A stretch of DNA of 63,791 bases, the filler included, from Octopus bimaculoides (Eukaryota): assembly GCF_001194135.2 (NCBI RefSeq). It is 10 parts of 9 records of this genome, joined end to end, with 100 filler letters (N's around TTAATTAATTAA, not from the genome) between each part and the next. Parts side by side here need not be neighbours in the genome. Positions count along the whole stretch, not along the records: positions 10,134 to 26,188 come from NC_069004.1; positions 26,289 to 29,388 come from NC_069002.1; positions 29,489 to 32,591 come from NW_026330984.1; positions 32,692 to 39,478 come from NC_069002.1; 6 more parts are not named here. One strand, written 5' to 3'. The stretch's first letter is position 1. Each line of letters begins with the position of its first letter. The notes beneath the pieces are model-generated. The model did no database searches. It was given only the letters and a program-made list of their open reading frames with translations, and was not told where the DNA came from. A program made the position numbers and the translations under genes. This document shows, in pieces, positions 24,494 to 37,737 of this stretch.

Positions 24494-24714
24494 TTTCTAA
24501 TTTTGGCACAAGGCCAGCAATATTGAGGTGGGGGGGGAGAAGTCGATTACATCGATCCCGCTACTTGACTGGTACTTATTTTATCGACCCCGAAACGGAT
24601 AAAAGGCAAAGTCGACCTCGGTGGCATTTGAACTCAGAACGTAAAGACCCAAGTAAGCGTTCATCCAGAACAGCTATTATCAAACACGTTCCATCTGCGT
24701 CCATCTCGCCGTAT
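24494..24714 (-). mobile_element. SINE type A
   Basis: Plus strand has GGTACTTATTTTATCGACCCC..AAAGGCAAAGTCGACCTCGG..TTTGAACTCAGAACGT; AAT/AAC tail on the left. Confidence 0.8.
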
Positions 24715-25004
24715 TAGTATTCCTCGCCGGTTTGCAAATCAAGAACCCACACACACACACACGTGTGTGTGTGTGTGTGTGTGTGTTAAATCTGCAAACG
24801 GAGCTTTATCGGCGACAATCCCATCAGACTGGAAGGGCCTGCAAGAGTTATGGACCCCCGCCCCTTTCCTCCAGATTCAACAAATAAAAAGATAACCCTC
24901 AGTAATTCCCAAAAGAGTTCTTACCCAGAATGACGTTTCCTATCGCTAAAGGCTTCGCCCAGGGACCAAGTCTACCACTCAAATCCAGATAGAATCCATT
25001 GGAC

Positions 25005-25155
25005 GGGCTTTTATGTAGTTTCCACCTTCCTAACTTTAGTTACAAAACTTGAATCGACTGGAGAATACGGTAGAAAAATCTTGAGCCGTAATATGGTATC
25101 GAACCCAGAACAATATGATTGTGAAACTATTTTTTTAACCATACAATCATACTTG
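25005..25155 (-). mobile_element. degenerate SINE type B 5' half
   Basis: GGGCTTTT..GTTTCC and ATCGAACCCAGAAC..TTTTAACCATACA resemble the reverse complement of the type B head. Confidence 0.5.
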
Positions 25156-25170
25156 ATTTCACTGTTTAAT

Positions 25171-25380
25171 GGAGGCGTGTGGCTCAGTGGTTAGGGTGTT
25201 GGACTCGTGATTGTAAGATTGTGGTTTTGATTCCCAGAGTGGGCGATGCATTGTGTTGTTGACTAAAACTCTTCGTCTCATCTTGTTCAAGTTCGCTCAG
25301 CCGAATCCTGCGAGGGACTGGCGTCCCGTCCAGGGGAGATATATGCACACCAGAGAACCTGGGGAACTGGGCGTGGCTCC
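25171..25380 (+). mobile_element. tRNA-derived SINE with V-SINE-like central motif
   Basis: A box TGGCTCAGTGG at 25180-25190, B-box-like GGTTTTGATTCCC at 25223-25235. CCTGCGAGGGACTGGCGTCCCGTCCAGGGG (~25306-25336) resembles the V-domain motif; this is recalled, not searched. Confidence 0.7.
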
Positions 25381-26144
25381 GGGTCAGCCCTGGTCAAAGC
25401 AGGGAGATCTACCGCCAAAGGTGTTCTCGGTGTGACTTATCTCATCCGATCCGCTTTCAAACTGTGTGTGCTCCAGTCTGATCCTCAGCTTTTTATTCCT
25501 TTTAATGGATCTTCCAACTCACACTTTTTTTTGGGGAGTTTTGAAGAGAAGACATGTCCCTGAAACGATTCAATTCAACTAGCTGCTGCAGATTTATGTC
25601 CGAATGCGTTCCTGTCGTGACAGTCACTTCGTATTCTATATCAGGGATTACATTGACCATTGCATCATTCTTTATTCATAGCTGCAACACTCGTGATTTG
25701 AGAGGAGGGGGGTAGTTGCTGTTTTCTGTTTAATCGAGCGACCGTGCAGATTTTCCCTCGTTGATTCGTCTGACATGCATTTTGACGTCAGTAAACTAAG
25801 TTCAAGTTGATTCAAATTGATTCGAGTTGATTTATTATAAAAAGAGCATTTTAATAATTGTAAACCCACCAAACAACCGACGTTAACGATCAAATTGCAA
25901 TTATGACGCAAAAATAATATCATCGCATTTAATCCAAAACCAGAAAACAACAGGAAAAAAAATACCTTCATAGATTTTAAAACTAATCCTAAGAAGTATT
26001 TCGCGACATTTTATACTGAAATATTCGTTATAAAACGAACCAGAATCAGATTACGGGTCGCCAAAGTTAGTTTAAAGACATTTGCTGCGAGTTCATGGAA
26101 GGCTAACTATATACGCTGTGTGTGTGTGTGTGTGTTTGCGGGTT

Positions 26145-26188
<44 letters not shown>

Positions 26189-26995
26189 NNNNNNNNNNNN
26201 NNNNNNNNNNNNNNNNNNNNNNNNNNNNNNNNTTAATTAATTAANNNNNNNNNNNNNNNNNNNNNNNNNNNNNNNNNNNNNNNNNNNNTATATATATATA
26301 TATATATATATATATGCATATAAATGCATATATGGGTCTGAGTGTATAAATATATGTATATATACGAATACTGTACCCATATATATAAACAAGCTGATGT
26401 TTATACATACAACTGTATATATATGGTCACATATACTCAAGTGGCTCCCATGCATACTTACAATATATACACAAATACATACACGCGTATATTTACATAC
26501 ACACACACACGTATATATATATNNNNNNNNNNNNNNNNNNNNNNNNNNNNNNNNNNNNNNNNNNNNNNNNNNNNNNNNNNNNNNNNNNNNNNNNNNNNNN
26601 NNNNNNNNNNNNNNNNNNNNNNATATATATATTAGGAGATGCATGTGTATCTATTATACATACATACGCAACAGATGAACCTATCTATACGCAGGCGGTT
26701 CTTTTACGTCCAAAGAACAGCCCATATAAATCGAATAGCACACCATTCGCATACATACTCACACATACATTTATGTTCACACACTCATACATAACATTGG
26801 GGCATCAGATGTTCACAGGCATCATCCGCTGTACACGCACGCACACACACATACACGCGCACACACTCACACACACACAGACACAGAAAGACAAATACGT
26901 AAGGCGTCGGACGTTACGTTTGCGGCCCTTACCAAAGCAATGAATCAAAATTGAATCAGATACGAGATGGAGTTTGAGAGAATGAGAGATAGTGT

Positions 26996-27071
<76 letters not shown>

Positions 27072-28041
27072 ATGTATTTGTGTGTAAGAGAGAGAGATAT
27101 AGAGAGGGGGTGATACAGAGAGAGAGAGACAGACAGAGACAGAGACAGAGAACGTGAGAGTAAGAGCAGAAAGACATGGAGAGAAAAACGAAGAGATATG
27201 GAAGAGAATAAAGAAGTGAGAGGAAGGCGCTGGAAGGGGGCGGAATAAAGATCTTGATAAGTGAACGTAGGATCTAATCGCAGTGAAATAGCCGTAAAAG
27301 TGTCATGTGACCCCCGAAATAATTGGGGATTTGTGTATGGCGGGAACAATTTTATTTTCTACTTTGATAATGCTAATGTCATCTGGTGACGATGTTGCTG
27401 GTGGTGTTAGAATTGGTGGTGGTAATGGTGGTGGTGGTGGTGGTGGTTGTGGTGGTGGTGGTTGTAGTGGTGGTGGTNNNNNNNNNNNNNNNNNNNNNNN
27501 NNNNNNNNNNNNNNNNNNNNNNNNNNNNNNNNNNNNNNNNNNNNNNNNNNNNNNNNNNNNNNNNNNNNNNNNNNNNNNNNNNNNNNNNNNNNNNNNNNNN
27601 NNNNNNNNNNNNNNNNNNNNNNNNNNNNNNNNNNNNNNNNNNNNNNNNNNNNNNNNNNNNNNNNNNNNNNNNNNNNNNNNNNNNNNNNNNNNNNNNNNNN
27701 NNNNNNNNNNNNNNNNNNNNNNNNNNNNNNNNNNNNNNNNNNNNNNNNNNNNNNNNNNNNNNNNNNNNNNNNNNNNNNNNNNNNNNNNNNNNNNNNNNNN
27801 NNNNNNNNNNNNNNNNNNNNNNNNNNNNNNNNNNNNNNNNNNNNNNNNNNNNNNNNNNNNNNNNNNNNNNNNNNNNNNNNNNNNNNNNNNNNNNNNNNNN
27901 NNNNNNNNNNNNNNNNNNNNNNNNNNNNNNNNNNNNNNNNNNNNNNNNNNNNNNNNNNNNNNNNNNNNNNNNNNNNNNNNNNNNNNNNNNNNNNNNNNNN
28001 NNNNNNNNNNNNNNNNNNNNNNNNGGCAAATGAGGCACAAA

Positions 28042-28134
28042 GAATAAATTCTCTCGTCCATTTGTTCGACTAAAGGCGGTGCTCCAGCATGGCCGTGGTC
28101 AAATGAATGAAACAAATAAAAGAAATAAAGAATA
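28042..28134 (+). mobile_element. SINE type B 3' terminus
   Basis: TTTGTTCGACTAAAGGCGGTGCTCCAGCATGGCC..AAATGAATGAAACAAATAAAAG. Confidence 0.75.
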
Positions 28135-28419
28135 CATACAAATGATTGTATGTTTACATATGATATTTAGCGTGTATAAATGTGTGTGCATATTTGTGTG
28201 TGGGATGGGTGTTTGTGTGTGGGATGGGTGTTTGTGTGTGTGTTACGCACGCCCACGTATGCTACTGGTTGGAGAAGAAGCAACAATAACAATAACAAAA
28301 TCTCTTCGTTAAAGTTCTCTCATCTTGTGAGACAGGTTACTTCGTCAAAGACAGCAGCAAGTATGGCCACGGCAGCGACAGCAATACCATCGTCGTCAAC
28401 CTCACCGGCTTGATTTTAA

Positions 28420-28960
28420 TCATCATCATCATCATCACCATCACCATCATCACCGTAGTCGTCGTTATCATCATCATCATCATCATCGTCATCATTGTCA
28501 TTGCCATCATGAATTTCTTCGTTGTCCATCATCATCATCATCATCATCGCCGTAGTCAATGTCGTCATCAACTCCTTCCTCCCGTCCTACTACCCTTCCT
28601 CCTCCCCCACGTCATCTTCATCTTCAACATTATTATCACATTGACTAGCAGCGGCAAGCAGCAGTCATCATCATCACCACCATCTTCACAATCATCATCA
28701 TCCTCCTCATCATCACCATTACCATCATCACCACCATCATCATCATCATCCTCATCATCATCATCCTCATCCTAATCATCATCATTACCATCATCAACAT
28801 CAACATCATCATCATTACCATCAACCCCATCATCAAGTTTCATCATCATCATCATCATCATCAACATCATCATCATCATCATCATGATGAACATCACTAT
28901 CATGATCCCCGTCATCACCATCATCGCCATCACCATCATCGTCATCATGAATATCAACGA
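28420..28960. repeat. long degenerate (CAT)n tract
   Basis: About 540 bp of CAT/CAC/CCT triplets. Confidence 0.95.
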
Positions 28961-29591
28961 GAAGAGCAGTGAAAGATACATTTACAACAGCAACAACAAC
29001 ATCTAAAATAAGTAAAATAACCAAATAAACAAATAAATAAAGAAAGAAGCCGGCTCTGCATGATGCGCGCGAACCATATGTGTGGGTATTACCGTGTTAT
29101 CGTCGCGATTCAATTAGCTTGTTTCGGGGGATAGAGAAAGGGGGGTGAGGGTGGGTTGGCGGGTACGGGTTCGGGTACGGGCTGAGTAGCGGGGTGGGGA
29201 AATGGAAGACTGAATGTAAAGGTGGAGGAGAAGGTGGAGAGTAGCGAGCGGAAAGAGGGAAGTGTTTTTAGGGAGACGGACTGGCAGACGGACAGACTGG
29301 CAGACGGACAGACTGGCAGAGAGACAGAGAGACTGACAGGAAGACAGAACATGGCCGATGGATTTTAATGATAGACAGATAGACGCGGNNNNNNNNNNNN
29401 NNNNNNNNNNNNNNNNNNNNNNNNNNNNNNNNTTAATTAATTAANNNNNNNNNNNNNNNNNNNNNNNNNNNNNNNNNNNNNNNNNNNNACAGCGGCAGCA
29501 AAATTTAACTTTTTTGGTGTTCAGACTTTTTGGTTGTTCATACATTTTCGGTTGTGCAGGCACTTTTACACAAATTGTACAAGAGATAGGT

Positions 29592-29623
29592 AGGAGTGGC
29601 TGTGTGGTAAGAAGCTTGCTTCC
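29592..29623 (+). mobile_element. SINE type B head, truncated
   Basis: AGGAGTGGCTGTGTGGTAAGAAGCTTGCTTCC; identity stops where other copies continue CAACCACATGG. Confidence 0.7.
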
Positions 29624-30094
29624 GGTTTGGCGCAATTGCATCACTTCCGGTAAGGTCGCGTTTGGACGTATTCTGTTCGTTACCCGGTAAGAGTTTCTTG
29701 CTGTCATTATTGCCTTGCTGTTGCTGTACTTGTTGAATTTGCGGTTGAATTATCTGTTGGAAAGTGCTGGAAAATTCGTTGGACTTTGTACTTCCCGGTT
29801 TATCGGGGAGTAATTATTGAACTGTTACATTTTTGGGCCACTGAGGCATTTCTTGTAGCTGTGAAAATTATTGTACAAACTGTTAATAGTCCTTTTTAGA
29901 CTATCCTTTGTGCCCCTCCCCCCAGCGGGGGCGGGATTTGAACCTTCTGTGTCTTTGCGTAGAGGAGAACAATTCGTTTAAAAATTTAATAATAACAATT
30001 TTGTATAGGTTTCCCATTTGTAAAGGGAAAATGCCAATTGAAATTGTTACCGGAAAACAGCCACTCATTTGAGAGTCAGAAAGAGGAAAATAAC

Positions 30095-31155
30095 ATGACA
30101 AAAAAGTTTGCAGCGGTTGCCGAAGTGGCAACCGAAAACATTGAAATAAATATGGAAAAAATAGAACAACTTTTTAAAAGGATGAAACAGGAGGGTGGTG
30201 ATGTAAGAATATCACCCTCCGCTGCTAAAATTGATATCTAGAAAAGGTCCGTAACATTCAAAACATACTGTCCTAAAGACAAGAAATTTAAACACTTCTA
30301 GAAGGACACCATTGAGAAGTGCCTGTCCCCAATTTGGAGAGACATAGTGTATGTCGCTAGGGGACGGGCATACGGGACAGTGGAGGTCCGTTTCTCGGGA
30401 GAAGAGGTGGCCCGCGGGCACTCGGTGTGTCCCCTGAAAACGAAAGAAGTGGTACTTCTTCCCACACACATGGGACAAAGAACATCGAGAGTGAGGATAC
30501 CAGAAGTACCACCTGAAGTCGACCCTGAAGAGGTGGTGGCTGCCCTATTGTTTAATAGGGCAGAGAAAATTAAAATCTTACAAATAAATTGCTCCATCCC
30601 ACAGTATTGGTTGGGAAAATCCATAAACATCCTGGTTCAGGGAACACAGGAAGATCTGCAAGATCTTCCAGAGAGAGTGCTCGTGGGAGAGAATGTGGCC
30701 CTTAGAGTACAGGCAGATGGCAGGAAGCCTACCTGTTACCAATGTGGCAAAAAGGGCCACATTCGTGTTGATTGCGAAGAGAACAAAAAAAAGAAACAGT
30801 TGTTGTCGCAAACACCAGGCCCCTCAAATAATGGAAAAAATCCCACCCCTGCAAACATACCAATCCCTACAAAAGAAAAAATTCCCACTCCTGGTAGGGT
30901 GCCAGTCCCGAAACAAACCACAGAAAAGACCCAGCCCCTGCAAGCGCAAGCCCCTACAAAAATAAACCTACCCACCCCCTTGGAAGCTCTGGCACCGACT
31001 GTTGCACCAAAAAGTGTTACTCTTATAGAGGCTGCACCCTCAGATAATACCATGGAGGTATCAGAGGGTGAATTCACAATACACCGTAAACGCACTCGTA
31101 AACTTTCCCCATCCACATCCCCTACAAAAGACCAAGACAATGCACAACAGTCAAA
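30095..31155 (+). pseudogene. Tx1-type ORF1 (gag-like, CX2CX4HX4C knuckle, Pro/Thr-rich tail)
   Basis: One frame from ATG 30095 with two in-frame TAGs (30239, 30299); contains CYQCGKKGHIRVDC; ends at an N gap. Confidence 0.85.
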
Positions 31156-31667
31156 NNNNNNNNNNNNNNNNNNNNNNNNNNNNNNNNNNNNNNNNNNNNN
31201 NNNNNNNNNNNNNNNNNNNNNNNNNNNNNNNNNNNNNNNNNNNNNNNNNNNNNNNNNNNNNNNNNNNNNNNNNNNNNNNNNNNNNNNNNNNNNNNNNNNN
31301 NNNNNNNNNNNNNNNNNNNNNNNNNNNNNNNNNNNNNNNNNNNNNNNNNNNNNNNNNNNNNNNNNNNNNNNNNNNNNNNNNNNNNNNNNNNNNNNNNNNN
31401 NNNNNNNNNNNNNNNNNNNNNNNNNNNNNNNNNNNNNNNNNNNNNNNNNNNNNNNNNNNNNNNNNNNNNNNNNNNNNNNNNNNNNNNNNNNNNNNNNNNN
31501 NNNNNNNNNNNNNNNNNNNNNNNNNNNNNNNNNNNNNNNNNNNNNNNNNNNNNNNNNNNNNNNNNNNNNNNNNNNNNNNNNNNNNNNNNNNNNNNNNNNN
31601 NNNNNNNNNNNNNNNNNNNNNNNNNNNNNNNNNNNNNNNNNNNNNNNNNNNNNNNNNNNNNNNNNNC

Positions 31668-32591
31668 TGAGTTCGAAGTGGAAGCAGGCATGTTTCCTCG
31701 ACGACCTCAGATCACACGACATACATGTGATGGTTGCTACAGAGACCAAGCTGGACAGTCTACAAACCTTCTCGCCTCTCCTGAATGGCTTCGAGAAAAT
31801 CATGTCTCCTGGCCAGACCGGGGGACGAGGGGGTTTAGTGGTACTGATCCGTAAAGGCTTGTCTCTGCAGACAAGCACAGTCTATGTGGACCCTGAAGGT
31901 GGGCTGGTCGTCCTTGATGTGACACACAGCAGTAAGGCCTTCAGGTTGATCGGACACTATGCACCTTGTGCTAGAGTTCTCCAAACTGATTTTTATCGGC
32001 GCCTAGACGGCTTTCTCGTGACGTCGAAGACATTAGTAGTACTCGGGGATTTTAACGCTATTGTTGAAGCTCGCATCGATAGCGTCGTCTCGTTGATCTG
32101 CTTTAGCGTTTCCAGCTGGCAGACCGTTACAGAGTTGACCACCCGAACGTCCCAGAGTGGACCTGGATGAGTGGCGACGGAAGGTTCAAGTCCTATTTAG
32201 ACAGGATAGTGATAAGAACTAGAGATAAGTCTAGTTTTAGTTGTCCACAGCTTGTCCAGGTGTCCTACACTGACCATAGAATGGTTAAGTGTAGACTGGA
32301 CATAGATAGTACACTTAAGAAATGACCCGGCTATTGGAAGCTGAACAAGTCTATTTTGACTTGTGATGCATACCGTAGCCGGATTAAGGAGTTAGTGCAG
32401 AGGGCGTTAACCGGAGCCGTGGTTAACAACCGGTGGTGGTGGTTCGCCCTCAAAAGAACCATTCGATTCGAATCCATTAGGTTTAGTAAACAACTAAGGC
32501 TAGATAGGGCTAGAATAGAAGGGCAATTAGTTAAGGACTTAGAGGAGGCGTTGAGGTTGAGCTCTGCATCCCAAATTTTGGCGGCGAGAAC
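31668..32591 (+). pseudogene. Tx1-type ORF2 N-terminus, APE endonuclease (frameshifted)
   Basis: ATETKL, GGLVVL, LIGHYAP, VLGDFNA, YLDRI, YTDHRMV, GYWKLN. Confidence 0.92.
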
Positions 32592-32695
32592 NNNNNNNNN
32601 NNNNNNNNNNNNNNNNNNNNNNNNNNNNNNNNNNNTTAATTAATTAANNNNNNNNNNNNNNNNNNNNNNNNNNNNNNNNNNNNNNNNNNNNTATA

Positions 32696-32726
<31 letters not shown>

Positions 32727-33199
32727 ATGCAAGAGAGTTAGGGGTTGGGGATTCAACCCACTAAGGGATGGTATCTATCAAATATACTGCTGGGAGGGTA
32801 ACTAATTATTGTTACACTAGTGTTATACCAAGTGAAATAAGTGGGTGCGGGTAAAAGGGTGGGTGTTTTACCCTAAATTTATATATCAATTAGAAAATGG
32901 AGGATAATATGCTGTACCCAACGACTTGCAGATAGTGTATCCCGTTGAATTAATTAACTCAATTTGTAACTAGAGTGACAAAAAACCACAAAATACAAGT
33001 GTTTATGACAAACTATGTTATATTGACAACCAGGTTTACAAATAAAAGTTCATTAGCAATTTGAGAATAAAAGACCCCCTTCCGTCATGAATGAGCAACA
33101 GATTGTACTTTAGAGAGTCCCCCTCAGAGGCACAGCACCTGGCAAGTGTGTTTGTGGAAGACCAGCAATAGACTATGCGTATAATACTCCCATCTCTAC

Positions 33200-33400
33200 A
33201 CCACCGTTTTTTTCAAGGGAAGAGGGAAAGGCCGATAAAACTTGGCATCAGTGACATGGCATCTCATGTCTACAGCTGAGTGTACTGGATCCCTGTCAAA
33301 TAAAGTATCTTGCTCATAGAGCACGGTACACACCTTGATCTAGGAATCGAACTCAAAAAGCTATGATTATAATCCCTATGCTCTAACCGCTGAGTGATGC
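33200..33400 (-). mobile_element. tRNA-derived SINE
   Basis: Minus strand reads CTCAGCGGTTAGAGCAT (A-box-like), GAGTTCGATTCC (33354-33343), then ATGAGCAAGATACTTTATT..CCAGTACACTCAGCTG. Confidence 0.7.
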
Positions 33401-34185
33401 GTTTTCGCACATTTGCATACATATACACACACACACGTACATACACACATTCATGCATATATGTACATGTAGGCATACATGTATATATATGTTGGTAGAT
33501 AAATAAATAAATAAATATATATATATATATATAATTATATATATAATTAGAGATTAAACTGAATATCAAAATATAACCAAGCTATCTATATAAGCATAAA
33601 TTTGTTTAATTTGAACAGCGGGCAGCACCACCATACATAATCGATTTCCTAAAACAATAAACGTGGACGAACAAGAGAGTAGTAAAATATTACAGACAAT
33701 ATTTTATAGCAGATAATATTCTATCAAATTTCCAATTACGTTCTTCAGCCCATCTTTCAATATCAAATTTTAAGAATCACTTTCTGCTTTTCTTACACCA
33801 CTTACTATCTCTCTCTTCTTTTATTGATTGCTGATAACGATCAATACCCACTAGAATTTAAAATAAGTCTGACGACATTTCAATCTCACGTTATGAAATT
33901 TCCTATTAAACTATATTTCATTTATCATTTTTTTGTGCATTCTTTATTTGCCAACGAACTTAAGTAACTACCAAAACTTAATTGATAGCGACAAATTATG
34001 CCTCTATGACGTCGGTCGAGCGGCCTGCTAGAAATAGCAACTAACAGCTAAATTACTCATAAATCACTTCCTACAAACGTATCTATACATATGTATTGCA
34101 AATGAAAGACGGGAGAAGGAATATATGACATTTCGTTATTAATCAAGACAATTGTTTCAACGCAGCTAGTAAAGACTGTCATACC

Positions 34186-34225
34186 GGCCATGACGAAGGG
34201 AAATAGCCCTGAAACTCGAGTCGCC
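34186..34225 (+). ncRNA. candidate minimal type-I hammerhead ribozyme (Penelope-like-element type) with a core insertion
   Basis: GGC-CATGACGA-AGGG(aaatag)CCCT-GAAA-CTCGAG-TC-GCC: P1 3 bp, P2 4 bp, palindromic P3 ACTCGAGT; one extra A in the CUGANGA box. Confidence 0.6.
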
Positions 34226-35185
34226 TTTATATATATATATTTATATTTATATATTTATATATTTGATCCTTTATATTGAACACTCAATATTTCATCTACA
34301 TTCAATACTTTATTTCATGGTGCCATCCATTTTTATTTTATTTTATATTATATATTGTATATTATATTATATATTGTATATTCCATATTCTATACCCCAC
34401 ATTAGTTCTGCAGGAATATAAATAAAACATAAAAAACAGACAGTGTTGGAACTCTTTTAAGCAAAATAATATATTCCTCTATACACAATCANNNNNNNNN
34501 NNNNNNNNNNNNNNNNNNNNNNNNNNNNNNNNNNNNNNNNNNNNNNNNNNNNNNNNNNNNNNNNNNNNNNNNNNNNNNNNNNNNNNNNNNNNNNNNNNNN
34601 NNNNNNNNNNNNNNNNNNNNNNNNNNNNNNNNNNNNNNNNNNNNNNNNNNNNNNNNNNNNNNNNNNNNNNNNNNNNNNNNNNNNNNNNNNNNNNNNNNNN
34701 NNNNNNNNNNNNNNNNNNNNNNNNNNNNNNNNNNNNNNNNNNNNNNNNNNNNNNNNNNNNNNNNNNNNNNNNNNNNNNNNNNNNNNNNNNNNNNNNNNNN
34801 NNNNNNNNNNNNNNNNNNNNNNNNNNNNNNNNNNNNNNNNNNNNNNNNNNNNNNNNNNNNNNNNNNNNNNNNNNNNNNNNNNNNNNNNNNNNNNNNNNNN
34901 NNNNNNNNNNNNNNNNNNNNNNNNNNNNNNNNNNNNNNNNNNNNNNNNNNNNNNNNNNNNNNNNNNNNNNNNNNNNNNNNNNNNNNNNNNNNNNNNNNNN
35001 NNNNNNNNNNNNNNNNNNNNNNNNNNNNNNNNNNNNNNNNNNNNNNNNNNNNNNNNNNNNNNNNNNNNNNNNNNNNNNNNNNNNNNNNNNNNNNNNNNNN
35101 NNNNNNNNNNNNNNNNNNNNNNNNNNNNNNNNNNNNNNNNNNNNNNNNNNNNNNNNNNNNNNNNNNNNNNNNNNNNNNNNNNNNN

Positions 35186-35233
<48 letters not shown>

Positions 35234-36659
35234 TATTATAATATTAGGGAATGTCAAAATCCAAACTTACAAGGATATTCAACTTAATAATACCAAATTG
35301 AATTTTATCAGGCGCTGTGGCGCTGTTCTGTGTACTCTGGTGGAGTCCAACACTCAGAATCAGAAATGATCAGAGAAAATAAAAAGTAAGGAGAGGTAAG
35401 CTGCTTAGGCAGCAGTATTCCCCAGTAGATCATACTTCCCATGTTAAGTGCCGACAGGGAGGATTTTAATTAATAATCCACCTCGAATCCAGAAACAGGA
35501 AAGCTGCTGACTTGGACTTCTTCAGAAATATGAAGAAAAATCATCATTAGATACCTATTAACGACAACAAAGAGAGGATGGTCATGATTGGGATATGTGT
35601 TATCAATTGTTCTTGTGAATCATGCATCACTTTTACGCAAACAATTATAAGAGCTGCTACCATATTTCCATCGTCGAATGTTGTATGTGTTGGAATAATT
35701 CGCCAATAAATTTTTGTGGCATTCTAAATTACGTTGTGAATAAAAAATATATTCAATACGTTGCAATAATAAGATTTTGAAACTTTTCAATATTTACTGA
35801 TGCATTATTCATACAGCGCGTGTAAAATACAACAACTGTAGTATCAAAACACTGTTATTATTTTAAAATCTCATATTAAATATTTTATTAGATGGCAGGA
35901 AGGTGTGGCTATTTGAAAGAATTGCTATAGTAATGAAATATTTGATGAGCTATAAAAAGGAAAGGAAAGACAAACAAGCATAGCTTCAGAAAGAATTGGG
36001 AAAAGCAACTATGTTAAATTCTATACGTTTTTATGTCATTACATAAATTTTTATTCCACCATACTTCATTATGAATGCAGAACGGAGCACCGCTTCATTT
36101 TTACAAGGAAACTAATCTCCTTGTGGTTTATAAAGAAAGAATATAGTTTGTCATTGAATACATTGGGCCTTAAACACCGAAAAAAGCCGCATTGAAGTTA
36201 GTGACGTGAAGATCTTCCTCGACCAATATGCACATGAAGAGAAAGCATTTCTTATAAAGTTTTATAAAACATTAAACCGGTTATTTTGCAGAACGTATGA
36301 AAAAACTAGTCCATAACGTTATTAACCAGAGATCTAATATTCATTTCTGACTATATAGTACTTTAAAACACGCCTGATTTTGTCTCTCTTACTTGTTGAG
36401 AAGCCATGAGAACAGCATGTCTCAACGGGGATTACTAATTTGAAATATAATATAATTATAGATACTTAACTTCATCCGGAATTACAATCCTTAACGTTAA
36501 ATTACATATTGTTCATCATTTCGGTGCTGTCCCTGAATTAATACTGCTTTAATTATTTCTCTTTGCCGATTAACAGGCAAGTTTGTAGTTTCATTCAATT
36601 ATATTCAAAGACATGTAGAACTCTATGCTGGTAAATATGGTGAACGCTAAGATTCCTTC

Positions 36660-36835
36660 ATACATACCAAAGTAGGAATGAGACAATAAACAAGGTTTGG
36701 TCACAACCTTTGTTGCAAATAATGAAAACAATATTGAGATTCATTTAGTTGGGTTTATACTGGGGCCATGAATCGTTGTCATTGCAACCTTCGTAGTTCT
36801 CTGTAAGTATCCATGGTGGATGAATGGAACCGCTT
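36660..36835 (+). mobile_element. possible Tc1/maT-like transposon remnant
   Basis: SSL*VSMVDEWNR resembles Tc1-superfamily C-terminal helices; the similarity is short and weak. Confidence 0.3.
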
Positions 36836-36849
36836 CTGTAACTTCCTCT

Positions 36850-36909
<60 letters not shown>

Positions 36910-37668
36910 ACACACACACACCGACCATATGCCACTCCAAGACACGAACTCTCAGCTCTTATACGGAGTTCCTCTACTCTCTCCATGCAATGGTCAAATG
37001 TTATGTGAAAGAAGTTATTTGAGTATATATTTTAAATTTCTAGTTATATAGCACCAGAAAATTATTAGCTGGATGTCATTAACAAAGTTTAAAAGTTCGT
37101 CCTATAATTTTCTCCACCACTCCTCTTAATCTATCTGCTGTGTCTGCTACTCTGGCACTCAAATGACCAACAACTGATTGATGATTTCACCTTCTTCTTC
37201 GAGTAAATCTATCACACACGCCTTTATGTTTTTATAAAGTAACTGCCCTCCCTAAAACAATTTATTACGACACTGCCTTGGATTTTGCAATTCAACGATC
37301 AGAGTGGCAAAATATAAATAAAAAAAGACTTTACATATCTTCAAACAGTAGAATCTTTACCTATACAAAGAACTCTTCGATCCAGGAAGAATTCACGTAT
37401 CTTATTCACACTTTCCGATCCATTTTTACCACACTAACAGCGTCAGAAATTTTATTGGGTCTACGGAACACCGGAAAGCCGTTTATCCCCACGACAAGAC
37501 GTAGTCTGCATTATTGGGTTTATCCGAATTGTATGGTATCAGATGTCTTATATGAAATAAAAATGGATAACGTTCTATCAATCTCTCTCTCTCTCTCTCT
37601 CTCTTCACACACACACATACGCACACATACATACATGCATACATACATACATACCTACATACATACAT

Positions 37669-37737
<69 letters not shown>

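Larger units (their letters stand above)
29624..32591 (+). mobile_element. L1/Tx1-clade LINE, 5' part (5'UTR, ORF1, ORF2 endonuclease), cut by gaps
   Basis: CpG-containing leader with ACTTCCGG; ORF1 with a zinc knuckle; ORF2 with APE motifs. The 5' boundary is inferred from the SINE junction. Confidence 0.85.

Noticed and set aside
30347-32170. 607-aa ORF apparently fusing zinc-knuckle ORF1 to the endonuclease
   Set aside because: The fusion passes through 512 Ns. The related copy at 21743-22080 shows a stop and a separate ORF2 ATG.
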